Positions 49,868 to 62,279 of a stretch of 64,000 nt of DNA are shown here, piece after piece; position 1 is the stretch's first letter, and the number at the start of each line of letters is the position of its first letter. The notes under the pieces are model-generated. The model made no database searches. It was not told where the DNA came from and saw only the letters and a program-made list of their open reading frames with translations. Source of the DNA: Balanoglossus misakiensis (lineage: Eukaryota; Animalia; Hemichordata). The stretch covers positions 8,468,043-8,532,042 of the forward strand of contig CM082593.2 of NCBI GenBank assembly GCA_040954595.2, written 5' to 3'. The position numbers were made by a program, and so were the translations under genes.

Positions 49868-51648
49868 GGTTTGTTGTACTAGCTTAGAGCTCATGGATCA
49901 CTTGCCACGGGTAGACTGTCAGCAGTTGCTCACACCTTATTTGTTTGTAAAGGTATACGGTCATCTATTGAAATTTAGCTACAGTTACCATGGTAAATTG
50001 AGATCTAGCCAATCACAGATTTTCAGAGCGCCACCATATGTTCCTTGGGACACTCAGATATGCCATTTTTGCCATTTATGGACATATGTAAATTGGAGGT
50101 GGCCGTCTACGTGTCAATATGATGACCTTTGTATAATTTGCCCATTGCGAATCTGGCGACTGGAAGTGCAGTATTTGAGTGATGGGTGTATCTTCTCCCA
50201 AATACTGTGTTTAAAATAATATTTCTTGGATGTGCAGTGCAGGAGTCTTTTGTCTTTTAAATGCAGTTGTCAAAACACTAAACAGAGAGTGGTATTTTGG
50301 GAGCCACTTTTTCAAAGACCCCACTTCTGGTATACAGTCAATAGGGTGTGTATGTGAGTTTCCCAATGGGTGTATTGATCAGAATTGACTTGTAGGGGAA
50401 TTTTAACTTTCACTTACCGTAGACAGTTATAACTAAGATCTAACCTCTTAGCAACACGGCCATATTTGTTTATAATAAAATCTGGTATTTTTACAACTTC
50501 GTGTGCTACGTATGATATCTGGAATAGAAAAAAAGTTAAAAGTATTACCGTAAGTTACATTTTTATACACATGTCAAATGCACTAGCATAAACAAATGCC
50601 TATCAGAAACTTTTTGTATAATATGCATTTTTTGTGTCACAAACATTATGTCATATTATGCAAATATTCCACGTATTCTTGATATCACACAAAGGTAGAA
50701 AAGAGTGACTTTGTCCTTTTAGTGATTATTTGTATCAAAACAATGTTATGATTATTTGTATCAAAACAATAACTTTCTCACAAGTTCTGGATGGCATGAG
50801 GATTTTATGAAAACCTTGATTGAGGTCAGTCACATATCTGACCTAAATAGGGTCAAAAGCTACTTTACAGTTTACTTTAATTGTGTAAAGATTTCAGAAT
50901 TAAAAAGGTCAATCAGCAAGAAAGAAGAGCTACGAAATAGAACTATAAAGTTGTAAGTGTAACTGATAAAACTGACGGTGTACTTTGGTGAGGCCCAGGT
51001 TAACACGTTCTTATTTTATAATTCCATCTTTCACACAGTAACAGATAGTATAAGATTCAAGGTAAGGAAGTTGGAAAGGAAAGGAAAGGCAGGACTTGAT
51101 GGGCATAGGTCCGTAGCACTTAGCTTCAATTATTGTAGCGGGTGTGCTACTAGGCTGGGTGGTGTAAGGCTGCGAACACACCACTCAACCTAGCAGCACC
51201 CGCTACAATCATTGCAGCTAGTTAGTAATGTAGCCCCCCCCCCCCCCCCCCCCGAATAGCAGGGTTGCGACGTCCGGTTTACACGAACCTGCCACAAGGT
51301 CAGGTACAAGACTTGCTGCGAGTCAGTAGCCCTGCCACTTCCCCGTCTGTTGGTTGTTTGTAGAAGTCGCCCCCCTTGCCCAACAACCTACAGAGACGGG
51401 AAGTGGTACGTGCAGGGCTACGACCATAATAAGGTCAGCTGACATGATGGTGACACTTCGTCATTTGATGAGACATATGACCAACTACGCGATTCTTGGA
51501 TTCTCTCGAAAGCGCGTTTTCAGCAGCTTACCTGACTTTCCGCCGATAAAATGACATCGTTTTCGTCAGAATTTCCATTTCCATGAAAAAGTTGATCAGT
51601 CACGTCGTTTGTTATTCTGTCGCTTCTTCGCGACGTGCTCGCAGCCAT
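43274..51648 (-). CDS. LRMDA: Leucine-rich melanocyte differentiation-associated protein (C10orf11) ortholog, 258 aa, 7 exons
   Basis: Exons 51648-51532, 50518-50418, 48405-48279, 45597-45458, 45371-45245, 44372-44288, 43353-43274 join in frame. Translation includes [76 protein letters not shown]. Confidence 0.95.
43813..44181. mobile_element. TTAA-flanked MITE (ggatg...catcc)
   Basis: ttaaggatgtatg...gtgcatccttaa. A related copy lies at ~54931-55385. Confidence 0.6.
44641..44816. mobile_element. Tc1/mariner-pogo-type MITE
   Basis: TIR cagtaaaactccaattatccgaact with TA on both sides. Confidence 0.85.
45598..48278 (-). other. U12-type AT-AC intron of LRMDA
   Basis: 5' end ATATCCTTT; 3' end TTCTTTAAC (branch-point-like) followed by gtaaatAC. 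Splicing joins NNNR|ITDI in frame. Confidence 0.92.
46976..47168. repeat. GC-rich palindromic (foldback) element in the LRMDA intron
   Basis: cagaaccccatg..cgtgccagcacggcgtaccggtagtatttgca is mirrored by tgcaaatactaccgttacgccgtgcttgcacg..catggggttctg. Confidence 0.7.
51121..51220. mobile_element. 100-bp miniature relative of the 13436-14590 element
   Basis: tagcttcaattattgtagcggg...cccgctacaatcattgcagcta. No TSD is recognisable. Confidence 0.75.
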
Positions 51649-53410
51649 CTTTGAACGATAAAATAAATGTAAGTCGCACGAGGGCGCACTTCACAGGACA
51701 GTACTGTCTATGTTCAGACTTCACCGTAGGATGTCACCGTAGACTTGCTCAAAGTCTATGGGCTTCATTTATTCAAAATAAATACAAATGTGCATTTAAA
51801 AAAATGTTTCGAGTCTCTCTCTAGCGTGTGTGGAGTAAACGTCAGCGAGTGTGGGCGCGTATGTGTAGGGAACGCGCAGCGACGCTACCCGAAACCATGG
51901 AAACAATGAGTTCAGTCCCAAATTCGAAACTCGCCTCAAGCATGTCAAGGCAAGCATGCACACAAAAAGTATTGAAATTATTTATTAAGACAAAAAAAAA
52001 ATCACCAAGCGACTAGTGGGTTAGTCTAACTTCACAGCTCCGAGTACGAGTGTTCATCACTATGAAAGTTTCTCCGGGCGGTAGATACATTGCACCGGAT
52101 GTTATATAGTGATTCCGTTTCCCTTTAGCGTAGCGCAACCAGCGGTGGGAATGGGGCCCGGGGCCAGACTAGTATGTACAAGAAAGTAAAACTGTAAAAG
52201 TAAAAAGTATTTTTTATATACAACGTATATGTCAAAAGATGAACTTTGCAAAAGTTTTATTCCAAAACCTGAATTTTTAGATAATTAAAATTTGTATTTG
52301 ATAGCGATTTATACAGTCGATAATGAAAAAAACCTACGTACTGAATCATTTAAACATCAAATTTTATCACGTTGACCACATACTGCTAATATCAGCTATG
52401 TGTAAAACTTAATAAAAATTTACAATAGTACAAGTGGGTTTTCCAGAAATCATCTGTGAAATTCTATGGGAAGAGAAAAGTATATATCTTTGTCGATCAA
52501 TTTTTTTTCAAAATGTACTTGAGAAACACCATTTATTTTTTAAATCAAATTATTTTTAAAATCAGATTTAATATATTTGCAGTGCTAATACAGTGGCAGA
52601 CCTCTGCATTTGTCGATCGCCACTTTTTCAGTTTTCAAGTGATTCGAACATGTAAGAACTTGAACTGGGATAGAATTGTTATCTCTCAGACAGAACATGT
52701 TTACTCAATCAGTTTGATGTGTACTATGCTATGAAGGGCTATGATATAAGGCTAAGCCCAATATCACTGAATTTAAATTTCGTTATATTTATATCATGTC
52801 TATATAAAGAAGTCATTTATATTATATTGATATCGATATTTAATTTTTATATTTTATATATTGCCAATATTCAGTTTACCTTGCAGTAGGCCCTAGTGCT
52901 GATTGAGGATGGCCAAGCGAGAATGTTTAACAGGCCTATTGGCCATCGAAAGTCCACGTCAAAAGAGTGCGTGTAGTAGGCCGATGTGCAGCTTGTGTAC
53001 TGATTTATTCAAAATCATGTTTTTTCAAACGTGGTGCAATTATCGTGATTGTCGGGGCGAGAATATTGCGATGCGTCACTCCTTGGTAACAGGTGGAATT
53101 GGATTAGGGAAAGTTATCGTCATTGGGATCGGGAGGGCGCGGTCGGACCTTGCTGATTAATTGAACATGTATACCCGAGTTTTCGAATAAACAAAGCGGA
53201 AATGATGTATATCATGTACTCTCTCCGACAGCATGTAAGAGTACATTTTATATTATTTTCTTACGAAGCTTTAAGTTATCCAGAAACATAATGTGTGGCA
53301 TCTGCGTTAGTATACCCGCTCATTATATTCATGTTGTCGGGATACCCCACAAATGGAGTTTGGTAACGCCCTTATGATACGTCATCACGATATGCGTGTG
53401 TCGGCTGGCA

Positions 53411-53418
53411 TATAAATA
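53411..53418 (+). promoter_or_regulatory. TATA-like box upstream of the TGOLN2-like gene
   Basis: tataaata lies 46 bp before the ATG. A CRE-like tacgtca is at ~53378. Confidence 0.4.
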
Positions 53419-53456
53419 CTTTGGCGTTTACATTGCCAGCCACGTATTCGTCCAAA

Positions 53457-56400
53457 ATGGCGACCTGCAGTGTGAAGGTGGTAATCGTCGCTCTGGTTTT
53501 CTTCGTTGTTTTTGCCGACTTGAAAAGTGCGTCACCGGTGGTGAAAAGACAGGTTGACTCAGGTCAGTTGGACTGGAATGTTCGCACCGAATCTATTTCT
53601 TTTTGGCAAGGGAACCAGTGTGTGTTTCCCCCTCCGAGTTTGTACAGCCAAAGTTTCGTGGACAAACTTCGAGTTTGTAACTTGCCTTACAGTCCGTTGA
53701 ACATCATTTCCGATGTATGCCATGCCTTCTACGTGGCGAGTAAACCTCTCTGTCAAACAAATATTCCTCTGGTAGAGCAGAAAATGGAAGAAATGGAAAA
53801 TAGGGCTGTCGGAGAATTGTGCGACGATATTCGTTCAATGATGTCAACTGATGAGTGGAAAGGGTTGTTCCACTACACGACTGTCAATATTCTATCTGAT
53901 CCATTTAGCCAAAGTTGTGAGAAATTGTGTGGTCTGGGGCAACCCCTACACGGTGTATGTTCCGCCCTTGCTTTCTCTGTGGCTGCACGAAGTGGCAAAA
54001 TAGGAGACATGACGAATCCTGTCGAAACACAAGGTGGATATATCCCCTACGGTATGACATTTTACTTTAAAAAGGTCCTGGAGGGTTTGTAGTAACAGTA
54101 CATTTATTTGTAAAAAAAAAAGTATTATAAACCCACATACTACATTTCCTAGGAATGCTATTCAATTTATAATTCAACTGATATGCCAGTCAATTAACAC
54201 AAATTAATTATATCAGTCAGATTTTATTGTTCTGAAATGATATACACTTTTGGTTATTTAAGATAATGCATTCAGATACCAACCATTTGTCATTTATATT
54301 TCAAACACAATGAAACCCATTTTGACCATTCATCTCTATGTAAGTAAGTCATTTTTCTCTGTCTCACAGAACTTGCTTACATATTAATGCAAGTTTCATA
54401 TTACCGTAGTTCTGAACTTTTCCGGTCTGACAGTTGTATTTTCACGACAGCATGATTCCCAATATCATCACGTGCATGTATGCAGCTTGACCAAATACAT
54501 GAAATGCTAATAATAAATTCTGCAAAATCTCAATAGCATGTTAATTTGAAACATTCTGAATTGTATTGTTCTGTATGCCACTGCACGTATGACTTCAGTT
54601 TATGGATAGTGATGGATTTTTGTGTTATGATTGGTTGGCAAGTAAATGTTGCTAAAACTGCCAGGATTCCTCAACTTCAGGAATCCCAGTGATTGAGGGT
54701 GTTGGGATTCTTTAAAATTATCCTGCTACTCTTCCTTCCCATCCACTTCTACGGTGATGAATGTCTCCTAAATTGCCCTTCATGTGGTTCCCTGCAGCTT
54801 TGGTTAAGTACCCTTTCACCGCTGTGGTTCAGTCCAAACTCATTGTTTTCTATGGTAAGGTTGGACCTCTAAAGAGGAAACTGGGGTGAAAGGGTTAAAG
54901 GAACAGGTAACGACAAAGTCATTTTTGTTGTTAAGGATGTACATGTATGATACGATCGGTAAAATTGAAAGTATTGTCGATGTCATGTCTTTAAATTGTA
55001 GATTTTTGGTTAATAATGAAAATCGGTAATAAAAAATTAGGGGTCACCAAGCTTATTTTTTAAATACAAGGCTGTGAATCTTGTCGATAGTTGAAGAAAA
55101 CTGATCAACATTTTTTTGACCAAGGGTTTACAAAACATTTAACTTAATAAAATTATCTCAAAATAGAGCACAGTGACCATACATGTACGATTTGATTTGG
55201 CCGATGAATTTATTTTTATTTGACTGAGCTACATGTATGTGTATTACTGTAAAATTTCATGAAAATGACAATAGTAGGAGTGAGTTTTCTAGCAATAATC
55301 AATGTAGTCCTATGGGAAGAGACACATGCGCACACATTTGCGCAGATTACAAGTTTACTGATTGTTCCTGCATGTACATCCTTACAACAAGGTTTCCAGT
55401 ACTTATTTCGCTGAGTTTCATCTGGTCATACCCATTTGTATAAAGTTCGTGAGGGGAAAAATCATCATTTGTTTCTTTCCAAAAGAACTGTAAATGACAA
55501 CTTGTAGTGCGTCAACAAAATCAAAGTTCAACTGTTGTCAATTTTGACAGTTGGCATTCTGTCCTAGGCAATAGTAGGATGTGTGCACTGTCGCACAATG
55601 GGTTTGATCACATACATACAAATGTAGATGTGCATTGTAGTATTTTCCCTGGTATTGGTCATTGCCCTTTATTTGGGGGGAAACTGATTTAAATCATGAC
55701 AATTATGGTACATTTAATTGCATTATTCTGCAAATGAGAAATTGCTGGAGAAAACAATGCATTGCTCATGATTTATTCATTAGTGGAAAAGTAATGTATT
55801 GTACATGTAGCATAGTCAGTAGAGGGAAAAGGACATGTAACTGCATTTTTTTGGTTGTTTCCTTTGATGTAATCCATCTTAAATCTGGTTATCTCGTTCG
55901 CGGGTTTTCTAGGTGCTATAAAAAGAGCAAAAAATCAGCTCTAGGTGACTTCAGTTTATGTGAGTTTACTAAAAGATTACATAGCGTTTATGCAAATTAT
56001 ACAAATCTCGCAAAACACTATAAAAATCATTGACAGGTCTATGTGCTTTTTGTATGAATGTAATGATTGTAAACAAGAGACTTCGCTGCATAAACAATCC
56101 AAAATGCTTAGCCAACACTCAAAATCTGAGGGTTTTTTTTTGCGCATTACAACCAGGATATCTTAACGCAATCTGAGCGTCCCTTTTTTGTTCGCCGCAG
56201 TTATGCGTCCTTTTCCCTCTCTCCTGTCTATGATTGTAGTGGATGCATTGAGATATACCAAGCTGAGATTTTTGTATATACAGTATGTACACAATCAAGG
56301 CAAATAGTATGATAGATGAAGTCTTATTATAATTAGTCTGTTAAACATTCTTGCTACTTAAATGTGTTTACAGGCACCAACTTAGAAGAACCTGTTGAGG

Positions 56401-59400
56401 AGGATGAAAATGGGGAATATACAGTAAATGAGTTACCACAAGCTGATGGACAGGAGGAGCCCGCATATGGACAGACTGCATTGGATAACACTGCTGAACA
56501 GCCACTGTTGACAGACAATGAAGACAACCAAATTTTGGCAAACACAGGCTACGAACAACCAGGCCAGACAGAAACTGGGTATGAACAACCAGGCCAGACA
56601 GAAACTGGGTATGAACAACCAGGCCAGACAGAAACTGGGTATGAACAACCAGGCCAAACTGGGTATGAACAGCCAGGGCAGATTGGGTATGAGCAACCAG
56701 GCCAGACAGAAACTGGGTATGAACAACCAGGCCAAACTGGGTATGAACAACCAGGCCAAACCGGGTATGAACAACCAGAACAGGCAGAAACTGGGTATGA
56801 ACAACCAGGCCAAACTGGGTATGAACAACCAGAACAGGCAGAAACTGGGTATGAACAACCAGGCCAAACTGGGTATGAACAACCAGAACAGGCAGAAACT
56901 GGGTATGAACAACCAAGCCAAACTGGGTATGAACAGCCAGGGCAGATTGGGTATGAGCAACCAGGCCAGACAGAAACTGGGTATGAACAACCAGGCCAAA
57001 CTGGGTATGAACAACCAGAACAGACAGAAACTGGGTATGAACAACCAGGCCAAACTGGGTATGAACAACCAGGCCAAACCGGGTATGAACAACCAGAACA
57101 GGCAGAAACTGGGTATGAACAACCAGGCCAAACTGGGTATGAACAACCAGGCCAAACCGGGTATGAACAACCAGAACAGGCAGAAACTGGGTATGAACAA
57201 CCAGGCCAAACTGGGTATGAACAACCAGGCCAAACCGGGTATGAACAACCAGAACAGGCAGAAACTGGGTATGAACAACCAGGCCAAACTGGGTATGAAC
57301 AACCAGAACAGACAGAAACTGGGTATGAACAACCAGGCCAAACTGGGTATGAACAGCCAGGGCAGATTGGGTATGAACAACCAGAACAGGCAGAAACTGG
57401 GTATGAGCAACCTGGCCAAACTGGGTATGAACAACCAGGCCAAACCGGGTATGAACAGCCAGGGCAGATTGGGTATGAACAACCAGAACAGGCAGAAACT
57501 GGGTATGAGCAACCTGGCCAAACTGGGTATGAACAACCAGGCCAAACCGGGTATGAACAGCCTGGAGAAGAGGAAGGCTATGGGCAGGAACAGCCAGGTT
57601 CAAAATCGGGATTGACATGGACTGGTGATGGATATGATCAAATTCCGGGAGGTGGTGATGTACAGCAAGAACAACAAGGTGGAGATACAGGGCTGGAAGG
57701 TGGCCTACCACCATATGAACAAGGGCAAGACCTTGAAGATCTGTTTGGAGCTGGGTCAGACAAGGAAGGGGGTGACAGTAATATTCCAGGTTTTACTCAA
57801 CCATACACCACAGGTCAAGGAAGTTTGGGTGGAGCCGATAATGGATTCTCAGAAGGTAGCATGTCAGAATCAGCCGATTCAGAATCAGATTTTGACTCAA
57901 GTGATTCTACTGGAGAAAGTGTACTCAATGATGAAATGAATAATATAGACATTGGCCAACCTGCAGCTGTACAACCTCCTTATGGACAACCTGTTGGAAT
58001 TCTTCCCCAAGGAGAAGGAGTAAGTACTCATTTTGATGTTTACTCTCAGAGATGATGCATCTGTAGTGGTACATCAACATGTGCCTGTACAGCATTGTGT
58101 GGTTGGAAATCAAAAAAGAAACTGTAACATCAAGTAATATAACTATCAGTCTCATTTTTTTTGTTTACTGGGAACAGGCTAGGCCATTTTGGCTATTCAT
58201 TAGGCCAAACAAAAATATATGTGCTGTTCTGTTTACCCGACCTACCCTAATTGTAACCCGCCGACCCTAAACTTTTTAGAGCTTCGTAAACCAGAAGTAA
58301 AAATAACGATGTCAAATATACAAAATTTATGAAAATTTCGAGAATCACGCAAGAACTATGACGTCATTCTTCTACACTACGGTGGCCAAAGATATAAAAA
58401 AAAATTGCAAAATAAAAAAAATTTCCCTACCTACCTTCCCTATTTTTGAAAACCATGTAATCAGAACAGCACATATTTTTTTTTATTTGGCCTTAATAAC
58501 TAAGTATCTACCAGTGCCTGAAATCGAGAGATAATAAAATTGAAATTCTCTCATTTAATTTTATTTTCACTGGATAATATCAAAGCCTGCTGGCATCAGC
58601 TGTTGCTTACTTCAGCCTGAACTGATGGCTGGCAACAGCTTGTATGATGCCATATAGAATAGGACAAATGGAAATCATTGATTGGTTGCACTGCTTCCTA
58701 AATCCCTGCATCATGTGTACATGTGATTACATCGTGCTGCAATATGATCAGCAAACTTTACTAAGCACTCACAAATTGTTTCTGTAGTTTTAGTGGTGTC
58801 AGGTGGTTTAATCATATGAAGACATGTCATCATACTTGTAATGGTATGCTGAGATTGCTTCAAATTTTTAAACCTCATAAAATGAATCATATTTGTATAT
58901 ATTAAAATTAATATTCCAAAGTATCATGTTTATTCAGGAACTGAGGATTGAAATGTTCATCAATTAAATACATTATATCATCCATATTTGCAAATGATTT
59001 AATAGAAGACGTGAAATGTAAAAAAGAATTGTATATATTTTTTCAGTTGTGATAAACATTTGCTTCCCCTTGGGTACTTAAAGTTTGAAACTGTTCTGAA
59101 TAATCTACATAACTTTGATTCTACCAACAGGACAGTGATTTCCACACCTATATTACTGAAGACAAACCAACAAATCATCATTTCCTGGCATATTCATTAA
59201 CAGTAATCATCCTAGTGATGGTTGCGTATGTCTTGTATCATAATAAACAAAAGGTAAGTCGATCAAAACTCACATCATAATTGCATCTGGTTAGTCATCT
59301 ATCATAAGAACCATTATAAATCCTAAGTGATTGATTCAGTCAGTGTTGTATATATTTTGAAACAAATGACTGTATGTACTGCACTATGACAAATGCTTTA

Positions 59401-60540
59401 TGTCAAAGGAAATGAATGATGTTACCTGTGTGCATCAGCTGTCATCTCAGTGTGTAATCTGCATGCAGTCTGCTACGATTCAATCCATAGCATGTTGTGA
59501 GATCATACGAAAACCAGACACACTCCACCATGAGTTTGTGTGCCTTTTTCAGTGCAGATCCTTTCCACTTAACCACTGCTACTTTCAAAATTTGAATGGC
59601 ATGTTCCCTAGGCTGATTGAATGAAAGTGCTTGTCATATTTGTGTTTCTACTGACAGTTTTTGCCATTTTGGGTCAAAATTCAGTTTCTGTAGAACAGCC
59701 AATCACATTGCCTCAAATGGGACCAAAATGTCCTCGACGCTATGTTTATTGTCGACAAATGCATTAAAGTCCGGAAAAATTCTGAACTAATAGTTAAACG
59801 TTACAGATAGTGGACTTTTAAAATAACTCATCAATGTAAAGAATGGTCTGGCTCATGTATTAGAACACTAGAACTTTGTTTACAAGGATTATACTGGTTA
59901 ACTCACCAGATGCAGAATTGTAGTTGTTTCTGTCAAAAATGACATGTATGATCATTGTCAAAATTTGCCATAATGACAAAGCACTTGACTGTGAAAAGTG
60001 TGTCTTAATTTAAATTTCTTGTGTTGCTGAATGTCTTGGTGAATGTCTATCAGGTTTTGTGAGGGTGAGTTGTTCTCCATTGCATGCCATGTTCATACGC
60101 ATGTGTCACTTAGACAGTCGATCATATTCTTAGTTGCTTGCAGAATCTGGCATGTTTTTTTTTCTTGAGGTTTGTATCAGTGCTTGTGATTTTGTTTCTG
60201 TTTTGTAAAATTGTCAGTGCTGTTGGATCTTTTTCTTCTTTCTAGATTGTTGCTATCATTATTGAAGGCAGGAATCGCGGCAATGACCGGAAACGAGCCA
60301 CTGGGAGTGAATACCAAAAGTTGACCCAAGAAACACCAGATGTATAAACTGTACTCTTCATCTGTTTGTTGTTCTCTCTTTCCTCACCACTAGATTGTTG
60401 CTATAGTAATAGAGGGTAGACAAAGCAGTAGAGGACGACGCCCAAGTGGGGAAGGATACCAAAAATTGGAACAGACTGTTACAGAGGCTATGCCAACTCT
60501 ACAAACCTCAGCCAAAGGCTCAGAACAGTATATATTTTGA
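53457..60540 (+). CDS. TGOLN2: TGN38/46 (TGOLN2) / KCT2-family type I membrane protein
   Basis: Exons: 53457-54051 (signal peptide plus Cys-rich region; donor could be 54033), 56374-58019 (acidic repeats), 59131-59253 (HFLAYSLTVIILVMVAYVLYHNKQK, TM), then either 60246-60347 (IVAIIIEGR..SEYQKL..*) or 60394-60540 (IVAIVIEGR..GYQKLEQ..EAMP..YIF*). Matches the family signature HFFAY..HNKRKIIA..EG..YQRL. Confidence 0.85.
56545..57565 (+). repeat. Coding 24/30-bp tandem array (TGYEQPGQ / TGYEQPEQAE)
   Basis: About 39 GYEQP units of mixed 8-aa and 10-aa length. Confidence 0.97.
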
Positions 60541-61849
60541 GAAAATGGCCAATTGCTTATTACCTTAATTATTATCTGCAAGTCATTTACTCTATTAAGC
60601 TCATCATTCTTCTGCCTGTCTTCATTACAGTATGTAACTATTTATATACTGTGGCTTATCAGCTCAAAGGCTTTGTTATTTCATGTTGTAAAAAACAACA
60701 ACAAATAGCTGTCTGTTTCCAGCGTCTTTGTGTCAGTGCTTGTTTTCTGCCCAAATGCAGTGTAGGTGACCATGTAACATACAGTGTACCACTTGCTTGC
60801 CAAGTTTTGAGTTCTGCTGTTGGTGTAGTTAGATTACGGCAAACAATTTATGTTTCAGACTAAGAAAGTCCGTATTTTTAGAAATTGGCATCCATTGTCA
60901 TGCAAACATTGATTCAATTGCAATATTGTGTTCACTGACATAGGAAAGTTGTCTGGTATCTGTTAATTGTGGATTGACATCGTATCATCTAATTATCTAG
61001 TCAGTATTACGAAAGTTATGAGATTATCAAGTTATCAGTAGCCAAAATCTGCTGCAAATATGCTTACTTCCAAACTGTCTGTCTGTTAGAAATGTTTCAA
61101 GCTAGTAACTGTTTCAGCCACTACCATTAGTGAAGTATTTCTAGAAGTCAGCCGTGACATTGAATGTTATAACCCTTTATTCACCACTGCCCAACTCAAG
61201 TGTTTTTCCGACGTTCAACCTTTTCAGGGGTGAAAGAGTTATTGTAACAAAATTCCAAGTATGTAGAAGTAGAAAGTCATCAGCTTCAAGCCAGAGGGTT
61301 TTTGTGACATTCAAAAGGGCTCTTGCAATAAGTTATTTAAAATATGTAAAAAAAAGTAAAATATTTAAGTCAACACAAGATATTTTTAGAATATACATAA
61401 CTTATAAAAAGTGAATGTATTTGCTTTCAAAACATTTGCACGTTGCTTTGTAGAAATCCGGTAGGAAATGATGACGTTTATTTTTTATCTCAATTTATTA
61501 GTGTGGAGTTTCATAAAAGCTGTGTAATGTGTGTTTATACTTTGCCAAGCAGTGATTTTTAGTGTCAACCCCCCTACTTACCATTATGGAAAATATGGTG
61601 CTCAGGTGTGATTTGGATTGGTAGAGTGGTGAATCTTGTGACATTGAAGCAGTGTGCCCTCTAACAATTTTTTTTGGAAAGCTTTGAGTCAATTGAGTAG
61701 TTCTTAAAATTTCTCTGAGTCCGCCCTATACTGTTGCATGTGCTGTGGATAATATTCTTAAGTCACCAGTGAGTTGGTTGAGTCTGTGGCTAGTCGTATG
61801 GGCTTAGAGTACACACTGGCAACAGGATTATTTCTTTCAAACCCAAAAC

Positions 61850-62279
61850 TAGTCTCGGTTAATACCCAGATCCCTCTGCTTCTGATGCTGCGCTACAGAA
61901 AGAGGGTCTGGGCAAATACCAAAGAACGTTTTGAAACACAAAATGGCTGCTGTCAGGATTTCAGACAGCCGCTGATTGGCTGATCTGTCAGTATGACCTA
62001 GGTCACTGCAACTCAACTAATATCCTGGACATGCAGCAAAACTATGACGACATCCATTGATGTGACCGGTTGAACGCTGCAATTGAAGCGTCTTTGACCT
62101 TGCTGTATGTCCAGGATTTTAGTCGAGTTACAGTGACCTACATGTAGGTCAGCCAGTCAGCGGCTGTTCGAAATCCTGACAGCGGCCATTTTGTTTTTCA
62201 AAACGTTCTATGGTATTTCCTCAGGCCCCCTTTCTGTAGTGCAGCAGAAGAAGCAGAGGGGTCTGGGTAACTGAGACTA
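61850..62279. mobile_element. TAG...CTA foldback MITE with 9-bp TSD
   Basis: Termini tagtctcggtt...aactgagacta are shared with the 34241 element, but the interior differs. TSD acccaaaac / accaaaaac (1 mismatch). Confidence 0.85.

Noticed and set aside
33015-51648. LRMDA-MAN2A read-through fusion gene on the minus strand
   Set aside because: LRMDA has its own stop, and the MAN2A exons carry an insertion and a frameshift.
56368-57714. Three overlapping long ORFs across the GYEQP array
   Set aside because: Shadow frames of a repeat whose unit lengths are multiples of 3.
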